IMG/VR virus record: IMGVR_UViG_2799112330_000002
Coordinates: 64,001-128,000 of that record
Direction: 5' to 3' (one strand)
Source of the DNA: a virus
Lineage: Duplodnaviria; Heunggongvirae; Uroviricota; Caudoviricetes
DNA length: 64,000 nt
The notes under the pieces are model-generated. The model had not been told where the DNA came from. It worked only from the letters and a program-made list of their open reading frames with translations, and did not search any database. This document shows, one piece after another, positions 9,948 to 18,909 of the stretch. Position numbers and translations under genes: made by a program. How positions within the stretch are numbered: position 1 is the stretch's first letter; every line of letters starts with the position of its first letter.

Positions 9948-10322
9948 ATGCTGACACTTAAAGAATATATTACGGAAACAAAAGTTACAGATAACCAATT
10001 ATATGAAAATATAGAATGGTGTTTATCTGATTTATTAGAATTTAATGATGTCGATGAAAATTATTTATTATTGGCTATTGATGAATTTAATTCAGTTTAT
10101 AAAGCATTAACTGAAAAAAATGTAAAATATGATATTGATTTTATTTGGAAAACTTTATTAGAAAAATATGAAGATTTAATATATGAAAAAATAAATAAAA
10201 ATACATTTTTAAATATAATCAAAAAATATGATAAACAATTAACAGAAAATATATTGTTAAATGCAAAGGATAGTATAAAAGATATAAAAGACGAAATACA
10301 AAAAACAGGTAAATTAAGTTAA
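9948..10322 (+). CDS. putative internal head protein, leader MLTLKEYITE
   Basis: leader. Confidence 0.7.
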   Translation: MLTLKEYITETKVTDNQLYENIEWCLSDLLEFNDVDENYLLLAIDEFNSVYKALTEKNVKYDIDFIWKTLLEKYEDLIYEKINKNTFLNIIKKYDKQLTENILLNAKDSIKDIKDEIQKTGKLS

Positions 10323-10333
10323 TAAAAATTATT

Positions 10334-10627
10334 ATGAAATCAATTAATCAATATATTTCAGAATCACAGGATAAGTATTTTACACAACAAGAAATTGGTA
10401 AAATAACTAAAGATATGTGGGATAAGAATGGTCAATTTTATAAATTTATAAAAGATAAAGTTGATTCATTATCTAAAGAGGACATTAATGATTATCTTGA
10501 CCAATGTCTCGATGATGATAGATGCACAGCTGAATTTGCTTCCTATATTGAAATGATTATAGGACGTCATAACTTCAGTTTAGAACAAGTACAGCAGTTC
10601 ATAAATACAGAAGATTTAAAAGGATGA
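10334..10627 (+). CDS. putative internal head protein, leader MKSINQYISE
   Basis: leader. Confidence 0.7.
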   Translation: MKSINQYISESQDKYFTQQEIGKITKDMWDKNGQFYKFIKDKVDSLSKEDINDYLDQCLDDDRCTAEFASYIEMIIGRHNFSLEQVQQFINTEDLKG

Positions 10628-10630
10628 AAG
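10568..10630 (+). repeat. 63-bp direct repeat, copy 1 (copy 2 at 11659-11721; degenerate copy 3 at ~12089-12155)
   Basis: copies 1 and 2 match at 60/63 positions by manual alignment. Confidence 0.9.
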
Positions 10631-10664
10631 TAGTGAAAAATAAATATATTTAAATATTAATAAC

Positions 10665-11615
10665 ATGAAATCAATTAGAGAATATATTAATGAAGCATAT
10701 CAAGCAACATATTTAAAAGGTTGGAAACCCGTAGAACAATTAGATAATAAACATCATATTACTGTTAAAGATGATAATATATTAGGAGTATTTTTTGATA
10801 ATACATGGAAATGGCATCATAAGAGATATGGTAATATATATATAGGAATGCTTAATAAAAATGAAATATCTAATCCAGAAATTAAACTTTATAGTGATAA
10901 AGGAGTTTTCACAAGTATTAAAGAAATTCAAGATGCATATAATACTACTGAAAAGAATTTGTCAAAATTAGTTAAAGAAAATAAAATTAAAATGTCATTA
11001 GTACTTAATAATTTTAATATATATGTTAAAATAATAAAACGAAATGATCTTTGGTATGATGAGATTGCAGCAGCGGGATTAAAATTAGCAGGTGTAGGTA
11101 AATCATTAGGTAAATGTTCATTTGAAACATTCTCAGTTGTTGATATAGATTTATCAAATCCAGATAATAATGATGCAAAATATGTATATAAAAATTATTC
11201 TCAAATATCTATTAAAAACCAAGTTGAAACAAGTGCAAGAAAAGATGGCGGCAGAAAAGTAACAGGATATTGTGCATTTACATTTGTCCCATATCATAAT
11301 TATGAAGATATTGAAACTGATGTTATTAAAGATAATGTAGATAGAAATTTATTACCTGCATTATTACTTCAATATTTGAAAAATACAAATATAACATTTG
11401 ATGATAAAAAAATATCATTATCATTAATTAAGAATCAATTAGAATTACAAGAAGATAAATATAAAGAGTTTAAAGAATTTATAGATAATCATATTAAAAG
11501 TTTAAATGCTGATGTTTTAAAACGTCATGAAGAATACTTACAATCTGATGATTATAAAAATGGAGAAGCTAGTAGAAAACATGATGATTATTTATTAATG
11601 ACAAATGGAATGTAA
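10665..11615 (+). CDS. putative internal head protein, leader MKSIREYINE
   Basis: leader; flanked by the 63-bp repeats. Confidence 0.7.
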   Translation: MKSIREYINEAYQATYLKGWKPVEQLDNKHHITVKDDNILGVFFDNTWKWHHKRYGNIYIGMLNKNEISNPEIKLYSDKGVFTSIKEIQDAYNTTEKNLSKLVKENKIKMSLVLNNFNIYVKIIKRNDLWYDEIAAAGLKLAGVGKSLGKCSFETFSVVDIDLSNPDNNDAKYVYKNYSQISIKNQVETSARKDGGRKVTGYCAFTFVPYHNYEDIETDVIKDNVDRNLLPALLLQYLKNTNITFDDKKISLSLIKNQLELQEDKYKEFKEFIDNHIKSLNADVLKRHEEYLQSDDYKNGEASRKHDDYLLMTNGM

Positions 11616-11714
11616 TAAAAATAAACTATGAAATACACTTATTTAAAAAATTAAAATACATAATTTTAGTTTAGAACAAGTACAGCAGTTCATAAATACA
11701 GAAGATTTAAAGGG

Positions 11715-12062
11715 ATGAAAGACTTAAGTAATTTTATAATTGAAAGAGGAGCAGCTCCTAATGTTAATATTGATAAAAGCAAAGTTATGTCAAAATATCC
11801 TCATGTAAATATGGTTATGTCTATTATCGATGAGTTAAAGAAGCATAATGACTGTAAGTTTGATGGTAAACAATGGTCTGGTAATGATGCTGATTTATGG
11901 AAAGGTGCAGGACAATTCTTATTTGACTATATGAAAGAATTAGGACAAAAAGAACTAAAAGATATTGTTGCACATTTTGGATGGGAGGAATATATAACAG
12001 ATTTAAACAAGATCTATCCAGCAGAAATTTCTATATGTATGGCTCAAGAATTACAAAAATAA
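11715..12062 (+). CDS. putative internal head protein, leader MKDLSNFIIE
   Basis: leader. Confidence 0.7.
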   Translation: MKDLSNFIIERGAAPNVNIDKSKVMSKYPHVNMVMSIIDELKKHNDCKFDGKQWSGNDADLWKGAGQFLFDYMKELGQKELKDIVAHFGWEEYITDLNKIYPAEISICMAQELQK

Positions 12063-12164
12063 CATATATAATATATAGAGATAATATTGGATGTCATAAT
12101 TTTAGTTTAGAGCAAGTATAATAATTTATAAATATAGAAGATTTAAAAGGATAAAAAATAAACT

Positions 12165-12836
12165 ATGTTAACTTTATTAGAATATATCAATGCAGAACGT
12201 TCTAATTTTCCAGATGAAGTTTGGTTTAATGATAAATGGTATAACACAGAATCAAAATATGCTCGTCCATTCATCATTAATATAAAAACACACCAATCAT
12301 TATTTGGAGAAATTGGTCAATATCATTGTAAAATGTCTAAATTAAAAATAATGTTAAAATTTTTTTGTACATGGGATAGCTTAAAAGACGAATATAGAGT
12401 TAAAACATCAACATATCATGGGAGAATATGGGTAATTAATGATACAGATATAAATACCGTGTTAATATGTTGGTGGGAAGACTTAAATGATCAAAATTTT
12501 TATGAACTTAACAAAGAATTAATATTAAAATACAATAAAAAATTTAATACAAATATAACAAAAGCATTAGTAGTTAATAATAATGATGAATTTGTTAATT
12601 TTGACATAAATAATAAAAACATTGAACATATTAAACCACGTTCTTCTGATAATAAAAAACTAAAAGAAATGCATAAAATTATTCATTTGGCTTCTCAAAA
12701 GGATAAAGAAGAATACTTTAAACAATTTAAGAAAATAAGAGATGAAAATAATCAAACAAAATATTATAATCATACAAAATCAAAAACAGAAGCTGAATGG
12801 AGAAGTATTAAATATCAAGAAAGTTTAGAAGAATAA
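12165..12836 (+). CDS. putative internal head protein, leader MLTLLEYINAE
   Basis: leader variant. Confidence 0.65.
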   Translation: MLTLLEYINAERSNFPDEVWFNDKWYNTESKYARPFIINIKTHQSLFGEIGQYHCKMSKLKIMLKFFCTWDSLKDEYRVKTSTYHGRIWVINDTDINTVLICWWEDLNDQNFYELNKELILKYNKKFNTNITKALVVNNNDEFVNFDINNKNIEHIKPRSSDNKKLKEMHKIIHLASQKDKEEYFKQFKKIRDENNQTKYYNHTKSKTEAEWRSIKYQESLEE

Positions 12837-12856
12837 AATAAATAATAAATTTTAAT

Positions 12857-13207
12857 ATGAAATCTATTAATGAATATATAACGGAATCTGTAGCATCAAT
12901 TAAAGTGAATAAGATGAAACAAGAATTCAAACAGAAATTTGATAATAAAGTGACTATAGGTTCAGGCCGGGCAAATCATCAACAATTATATGATGTATAT
13001 ATCTATGATGATAAAATGAATACTCTGAAAGAAGTAAATGAAATTCTTAAACGTTATTTGAAAAAATGGAAAGGATTTAGTTATAAAGAATTAAAAGATA
13101 AACTTAAAGAAAAGGGAGATTTCTTTAAAGATTATCAAGATGATGATTTATGCACATTAGATAGATATCCAGTTGAATTTATCAGATTTACTTCCAGAGA
13201 TTTATAA
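12857..13207 (+). CDS. putative internal head protein, leader MKSINEYITE
   Basis: leader. Confidence 0.7.
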   Translation: MKSINEYITESVASIKVNKMKQEFKQKFDNKVTIGSGRANHQQLYDVYIYDDKMNTLKEVNEILKRYLKKWKGFSYKELKDKLKEKGDFFKDYQDDDLCTLDRYPVEFIRFTSRDL

Positions 13208-13215
13208 AGTACTAT

Positions 13216-13246
13216 AGAAGATCTAATCAATAGGTCTTCTTTTTTA
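13216..13246 (+). terminator. intrinsic terminator
   Basis: AGAAGATCTA-ATCAA-TAGGTCTTCT followed by T-run. Confidence 0.7.
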
Positions 13247-13315
13247 TTCATTTCCTTATAATATTTTTTTTTATTTTTAACTATATTATAAATGTATAAA
13301 TAAAATAGATCAATT

Positions 13316-13615
13316 ATGAAAGATATTAAACAATACATTACAGAAGGCAAAAATGGATGGGAATTTTTTGATAGTGCAACCGATACTTTTGGCGGTGGAA
13401 TAGAACTATCTGGACTTGAAAATAAAAAAATAAAATGGCTTTTAGTCAATACAGATTCAGAAATTATTGCTGGTGTTACAGAATATAATTTAGATTCATG
13501 GGCAGAGGATGATGAATATTTTAAAGATGCTGCAAAAGCAATCAAATCATTAAAGATAGGAGACTCTTATGATGCTGATGGCGGTATAAATATTTATCTT
13601 AGAATTAGAAAATAA
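13316..13615 (+). CDS. putative internal head protein, leader MKDIKQYITE
   Basis: leader. Confidence 0.7.
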   Translation: MKDIKQYITEGKNGWEFFDSATDTFGGGIELSGLENKKIKWLLVNTDSEIIAGVTEYNLDSWAEDDEYFKDAAKAIKSLKIGDSYDADGGINIYLRIRK

Positions 13616-13637
13616 AAATAAAATATTAGTAAATAGT

Positions 13638-14138
13638 ATGAAAAGTATTAATGCATACATAACAGAAAGATATCAGAATAATGCATCAAATAAAGAGGCT
13701 ATGTTCTTGCATTTAGATGGTTTGCGTCAATCAGAAGGATTTTCATTTACCGAAGGAGAAAAGGCTTTACTTTTAAAATATGATACTGATGGATATCGTA
13801 TTCAAGTTAGAGGTATTGTAGAAATTGAAAAGGTACTTAAGAACAGTATTCGTATAAAGACCGAAGATGCAGATTCAACCGATTTTTATCATAGTTTAAA
13901 ATTTGATAAGACTGGTATTGCTATAGTTAAGACAAATAGCAAATATCGTGGTAAGTCAACAGCATATTGGGTTCTATATAATAAAGAACTTATCAATAGT
14001 GATAAAGATGGTAAGGATATTACTGAAATATTAAATACTAAGGGTAATATCTGGGGATTCCATTTATATGGTCATGAAGATTTCCAAAAACAAGATCTTA
14101 AAGATCTTAAAAAATATGTTAAAGAAATGAATAAATAA
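13638..14138 (+). CDS. putative internal head protein, leader MKSINAYITE
   Basis: leader. Confidence 0.7.
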   Translation: MKSINAYITERYQNNASNKEAMFLHLDGLRQSEGFSFTEGEKALLLKYDTDGYRIQVRGIVEIEKVLKNSIRIKTEDADSTDFYHSLKFDKTGIAIVKTNSKYRGKSTAYWVLYNKELINSDKDGKDITEILNTKGNIWGFHLYGHEDFQKQDLKDLKKYVKEMNK

Positions 14139-14140
14139 AT

Positions 14141-14383
14141 ATGAAAGACATAATGAATTTTTTGATAAATGAATCTAGAACAAGATTTATAGACATTGAA
14201 CAATATGGAAATTCATGGATAAAAGAATGGGGTTCTGAATATTGTGGGGATGTTTTGAAAAACTTTATAAAAGGAGTTGAAAGAGGTATGAAATGTCTTA
14301 AATCAGATGATGCCAAATTTCAAAAACGTTGTGAAGATTGTATTAGTGAAATATTAGAAAAAATAAATAAAGACATATATTAA
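14141..14383 (+). CDS. putative internal head protein, leader MKDIMNFLINE; paralog of 14386-14655
   Basis: leader; SWIKEWGSEYCG and FQKRCEDCI shared with the next ORF. Confidence 0.75.
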   Translation: MKDIMNFLINESRTRFIDIEQYGNSWIKEWGSEYCGDVLKNFIKGVERGMKCLKSDDAKFQKRCEDCISEILEKINKDIY

Positions 14384-14385
14384 AT

Positions 14386-14655
14386 ATGAAGAACTTAAAA
14401 GAAAAGTTAATAAATGAAGCAAAGAAAACAGATTTTGAAAAAATAGAAGATCTTGGTGCTTCATGGATAAAAGAATGGGGATCTGAATATTGTGGTAATA
14501 TTCTTAGTTCTGTTATAAAAGGAATTCAGAAAGGAATAAAAGAAAATCCATATACTAATGATAAGAATGCATATCCAGCAAATAATACATTTCAGAAACG
14601 TTGTGAAGACTGCATTAAGAAAATCCTTAATGAAATAAATGAAGACATATATTAA
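14386..14655 (+). CDS. putative internal head protein, leader MKNLKEKLINE; paralog of 14141-14383
   Basis: leader variant; shared motifs. Confidence 0.75.
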   Translation: MKNLKEKLINEAKKTDFEKIEDLGASWIKEWGSEYCGNILSSVIKGIQKGIKENPYTNDKNAYPANNTFQKRCEDCIKKILNEINEDIY

Positions 14656-14690
14656 ATATGAAGAACTTAAAAAATATTATATATTAAATT

Positions 14691-14963
14691 ATGAAAGACA
14701 TTAAAAACTATTTAGTTAATGAAGCAAAATCATATAATTTTAAAGATATTAAATATACAATGATATCCTATTATAAACCAGAAGATCCATTAGCATTTTT
14801 ATTAGAAGATATATCAGAAATAAGTGATATATATTATGATTGGGATTTTAAACCTGAAGATGTCGATAAAATTATAGAAGAAGTTAATAAGCTTCAAGTA
14901 AATGAATGTTATGTAAATAAATCTGGCACAAATGATTTTGAAGTTATTTCAAGAATTAAATAA
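14691..14963 (+). CDS. putative internal head protein, leader MKDIKNYLVNE
   Basis: leader. Confidence 0.7.
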   Translation: MKDIKNYLVNEAKSYNFKDIKYTMISYYKPEDPLAFLLEDISEISDIYYDWDFKPEDVDKIIEEVNKLQVNECYVNKSGTNDFEVISRIK

Positions 14964-15062
14964 ATTATAATATTAAAATCAATACTAAAATGATTAGAAG
15001 ATCTGTATGAATATATGGATCTTCTTTTTTATTTTTAACTATATATTTAATTATTAAAGATT

Positions 15063-15383
15063 ATGGAAACAATTATAAGCTTTTTCTCAGATCATTTTTG
15101 GGCAACTTGTGCAATGCTGTCATCAATTACTGTAATTATTGCAGGTTATTTCAATGCATTATTGAATACAAATAAGATATGGAAACAAGTTGTATCTTGG
15201 TTAACTAGTATCATATTGACTGTAGGAGGTTATTTTGCTGGAACTATAACACTTAATGAGCCAGTATGGTTGACAATTATCTTAACAGGTATTATTGTTG
15301 GTTTGTCATCAAATGGTATCTATGATATTCCTAAGATCAAGGAGCTAATAAACAAAATAACTAAAAACATTCCTAAAGCATAA
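15063..15383 (+). CDS. small multi-pass membrane protein, holin-like
   Basis: three hydrophobic segments, GLSSNGIYD, basic C-terminal tail. Confidence 0.6.
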   Translation: METIISFFSDHFWATCAMLSSITVIIAGYFNALLNTNKIWKQVVSWLTSIILTVGGYFAGTITLNEPVWLTIILTGIIVGLSSNGIYDIPKIKELINKITKNIPKA

Positions 15384-15386
15384 GCT

Positions 15387-15794
15387 ATGAAAAAATTCTT
15401 TAGTAAAATTTGGAATTGGATCAAAGGATTATTCTTTGATAAGAAGATCAAATATGAAGATGAAATATTATTGACTTGGAATCCTAGTTGTCCCAAATGT
15501 GGAACAACAATGGGATATTTTGACACAGGTGTTGTTGAAGTTAAATATGAATGGTTTACCGGAGGAATACGAACACATATATCTGGTCATGGTTCACAAG
15601 AATATCAATTCCATTATTATAAATGTGGTCGTTGTGGAGAATGGCAGATGTATGAATACCGAGAAACTCCATCATGGTGGGATGATCTATGGGGAAATGA
15701 TTGCCCATTTACTCGAGGAGACATCATAAAGAAATGGCAAAATAATGAATTCCGTATGAAGGAATATGAAGGTCATACAATAACAAAATGGTAA
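15387..15794 (+). CDS. zinc-ribbon protein
   Basis: CPKCG...CGRCG; amphipathic N-terminus. Confidence 0.6.
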   Translation: MKKFFSKIWNWIKGLFFDKKIKYEDEILLTWNPSCPKCGTTMGYFDTGVVEVKYEWFTGGIRTHISGHGSQEYQFHYYKCGRCGEWQMYEYRETPSWWDDLWGNDCPFTRGDIIKKWQNNEFRMKEYEGHTITKW

Positions 15795-15815
15795 ACAAAA
15801 AATTAATATATAGTT

Positions 15816-16388
15816 ATGAAATCATTAAAACAATTTATAAATGAAACTATTAATAAATCATTAGATGAAATCATTTTTGAAGGATTTTTAGATAAATTAA
15901 AGAATGCTATTAGTGATGTGATTGATAATCCACAAAAATATATTGATAATGTCAAATCACAGGTTGATGAGTTAAAAAAGACAACATATATGCGGTATAA
16001 AAACAAAGAAAATATTGAAGCTGTAGCAAAAGAACTTGATAAATTAAATAATGATGAAAGCCTAAAGAACATATATAATTATGTTAAACAGATATTTAAT
16101 GGCAAAGATAAGCAATTAAAATTTGGTTTATTAGGTGATTCTGGATATTTAGAAGATATATTCAAAGATGTTGAAAAAACATTTAATTCTGATGATAATA
16201 AAACATTTGCTATTGTACAGATTGCAAATGCTATAGCTATAGCAACAAAAGATAAATTTCATGTTCCATCCGCATCAGATTATTATAGTAATTCGCATTC
16301 ACATAATAGTTATCATTCAAGTAAATCATCAAGAAAAGCAGGTATGATTTCAGCCGCAGTAGGAGCCGGAATGGCAATGAGAAGATAA
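15816..16388 (+). CDS. putative internal head protein, leader MKSLKQFINE
   Basis: leader; second IFE|G site; Ser/His-rich segment then hydrophobic AAVGAGMA tail. Confidence 0.7.
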   Translation: MKSLKQFINETINKSLDEIIFEGFLDKLKNAISDVIDNPQKYIDNVKSQVDELKKTTYMRYKNKENIEAVAKELDKLNNDESLKNIYNYVKQIFNGKDKQLKFGLLGDSGYLEDIFKDVEKTFNSDDNKTFAIVQIANAIAIATKDKFHVPSASDYYSNSHSHNSYHSSKSSRKAGMISAAVGAGMAMRR

Positions 16389-16420
16389 AGAAATATTAAA
16401 TAAACATAACAAATAATTTT

Positions 16421-17713
16421 ATGAAATCACTTATACAATATATTTCAGAAACTGAAAGAATATCATCAATAGATGATTATATACATGAAGCCTTGCAACC
16501 AATTTTAGAAGGTGGTGCTGGTGGTCACATGGCTCATCCTTTTGATTATACTGACTTTACAGCAAACGACTTGATAGAATTAGTTGACTCATTATTTCAA
16601 GGCAAGGTTGAAGACTTAAAAGAAAAACTTGATGGATTCAATATTGAAGCAACAATGAATAATGATGGTCAAGTTGTATTTGTAAGAAATGATGAGGAAC
16701 GAAATTCTGAACAAGGTGGTATTACTATTGATGAAATGTATAAGAAATGGGAAGGCAAAGATCAACAGATAAAAGTATATACATCTTCAGGAAAAGTCAT
16801 TGAACAGATTTTCAAGAAATTCCCTGTTAAGTTTTTCAATCCAGATCCCAATCATCGTAAAATGTATAATTGTGAATGCATAGTTTCAGGACAGACAAAC
16901 ATTATGCCTTATGCTGCTGATAGGGTAGCGTTTCATGGATATAAGATTTATGAAAAGGGAATAGGAACAAAGAAAGGTAAGTTCTTTAATAAGGAAGTTT
17001 GGAATGTTGTTGAAGACGTAGAAGGAAATGTTGATGATATCTATAAAGCTGCTGAAGGAATAGACAAAGCTAAGCCACGTCCTAATTTGGTTATACGTTC
17101 ATTAGAAGATGGAATTAAGTTTGCAAAGAAATTCTCACAAGACATATCTAAATTATGGTCTGATGAAGGATTAGAAAATACTGCTTCTGTGGAAGACTGG
17201 AAAAAGTCTAGATTTAGAAAATTTGCTCCTGCTTGGTGTAAAGATGATGATCGTATATTTAATCGTCTATGCAATGCTGACAAAACAGTCAACTTGAGAT
17301 TATTGAAAAAAGAATATGAAGATCATATTGATGAATTGAATGAGCTTGATAAGAAGGAAGGAAAGAAACTTGTGGGCAAGATCATGGAACCAATGGACAA
17401 TCTTTTCTTATCAATAGGTAATGAACTTATTGATCAACTTGATGGATTCATTAATTCAGGTTCAAAGGAAAAGATTGTAGCTCAATTGAAGGCAGATATG
17501 GAATCAACAGTTAAAGCAGTTGAAGCATCAGATTCTGTTGATGCAAAAGATAAACTTGAAAAATCAATACAACGTCTTCAAGCATTGAATAATAAGTATA
17601 ATGCAGCTGAAGGAATTGTAATAATGTATAAAGGTAGAAGAATGAAATTCACTGGAAGTTTTGCTCCATTGAATGCTGCCTTAGGGACAAGATTTATGTT
17701 AGAAGAAAAATAA
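16421..17713 (+). CDS. ligase-like (KxDG) nucleotidyltransferase-fold protein with leader MKSLIQYISE
   Basis: EGGAGGHMAHPFD, EKLDG (motif I-like), AEGIVI (motif IV-like), MKFTG (motif V-like). Confidence 0.65.
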   Translation: MKSLIQYISETERISSIDDYIHEALQPILEGGAGGHMAHPFDYTDFTANDLIELVDSLFQGKVEDLKEKLDGFNIEATMNNDGQVVFVRNDEERNSEQGGITIDEMYKKWEGKDQQIKVYTSSGKVIEQIFKKFPVKFFNPDPNHRKMYNCECIVSGQTNIMPYAADRVAFHGYKIYEKGIGTKKGKFFNKEVWNVVEDVEGNVDDIYKAAEGIDKAKPRPNLVIRSLEDGIKFAKKFSQDISKLWSDEGLENTASVEDWKKSRFRKFAPAWCKDDDRIFNRLCNADKTVNLRLLKKEYEDHIDELNELDKKEGKKLVGKIMEPMDNLFLSIGNELIDQLDGFINSGSKEKIVAQLKADMESTVKAVEASDSVDAKDKLEKSIQRLQALNNKYNAAEGIVIMYKGRRMKFTGSFAPLNAALGTRFMLEEK

Positions 17714-17727
17714 TAATAAAATAAATT

Positions 17728-18075
17728 ATGAAATCTATAACTCAATATTTAAAGGAAGACAGATTCAGTGATTATGAAAACAAAGCTTCCGAACATATTA
17801 TAAATGTTTTGCAAGATTATGCAGATTTAGAAACTCCAATTGAAAAGAATGATTATGTTATAAAGTTAAATTCAAATATCAAAAAGTCAGATCTTAAAGA
17901 TATAGATAAAGAATTATGTAAAGTACTTGCATCTCATGAAGTTTCTGTAGGATTAAAAAGTCTATCTGTCAATGTATTCAAAGAACCATTACTATCAATA
18001 TCTGAAGTTAATGGAAAATATATTGTTTGCTTAAAGGGCAAAGCAAAGACATACTATGAAAATAATTTTAAATAA
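17728..18075 (+). CDS. putative internal head protein, leader MKSITQYLKE
   Basis: leader. Confidence 0.7.
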   Translation: MKSITQYLKEDRFSDYENKASEHIINVLQDYADLETPIEKNDYVIKLNSNIKKSDLKDIDKELCKVLASHEVSVGLKSLSVNVFKEPLLSISEVNGKYIVCLKGKAKTYYENNFK

Positions 18076-18087
18076 ATATTATAAAAC

Positions 18088-18119
18088 AAAAAGGGAGTAA
18101 CTTAAGTTACTCCTTTTTT
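18088..18119. terminator. bidirectional intrinsic terminator
   Basis: AAAAGGGAGTAAC-TTAA-GTTACTCCTTTTT between convergent genes. Confidence 0.85.
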
Positions 18120-18765
18120 ATGATTGTTCTGCAAAAAGCGATAGTTGTTTAGATTCATTGGCTTTGTCTTCTTGTTTCTTGTTTTGTGTAATGCCTCGTT
18201 GTATCAATGAATTGATGAATTCTCTTGATCCTCTTACACGTTTTGTTCCATTCTCTTCATCCTCTTCAAGATCTTTCTCTTCAAATGTTTTCTCACAATT
18301 CTCTTGCATTTCTTTGAAGATATCTTCTACATCATTTGTAAGTTTGTTTAATTGTGCTTGGATAGATAATGTAGTATTTTGAAGAGATGTCAAAGACTGA
18401 TATAGACTTCCCTTTCCTGCATTTATAGTAATATTTTGAATCAATGAATCTTGTGCAGCCTCATTCACAGAAAGCATTTTCAATAGTCTTCTTATATTAT
18501 TGATCTCTTGACTAATTTTGTTTCTTAGATATGGATGCTCTTCAAGATATTTCTCATCAAAATAATAGTTAGACAAGCGTTCAGTAATCTCTGTTGCTTC
18601 CTGTCTAGCTGCTTCATTAATTTCATCAAGATTCAATATCAATGTTGGATTGTCTAATTCTTCTTCCGCATCATCTATAATTGGGTAATTAGAATCAACA
18701 TAAAGATCATTGATATTGATTTCGTTTTTATTATTAGATAAATTATCCCATTCAATTTCTTTCAT
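18118..18765 (-). CDS. helical hypothetical protein, possibly terminase small subunit (gp16-like)
   Basis: coiled-coil helices plus VRGSREFI; divergent from the head genes; function uncertain. Confidence 0.45.
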   Translation of the reverse strand: MKEIEWDNLSNNKNEININDLYVDSNYPIIDDAEEELDNPTLILNLDEINEAARQEATEITERLSNYYFDEKYLEEHPYLRNKISQEINNIRRLLKMLSVNEAAQDSLIQNITINAGKGSLYQSLTSLQNTTLSIQAQLNKLTNDVEDIFKEMQENCEKTFEEKDLEEDEENGTKRVRGSREFINSLIQRGITQNKKQEDKANESKQLSLFAEQS

Positions 18766-18909
18766 AATAGAAAAAAGTTGTTAAAATATATAATATTTAA
18801 TATAGTTAATAATAATTTTTTATTTTTAATAAAACTTAAAATTTGTTTTATTTTTAATTATAATTATTGACACACATATAATAAATATATTCAAATATAC
18901 AAAGCTTAA

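Noticed and set aside
10568-12155. 63-bp repeats as CRISPR repeats or integron attC sites
   Set aside because: They are separated by whole genes, are not palindromic, and derive from the 3' end of a coding sequence; no integrase is in the window.
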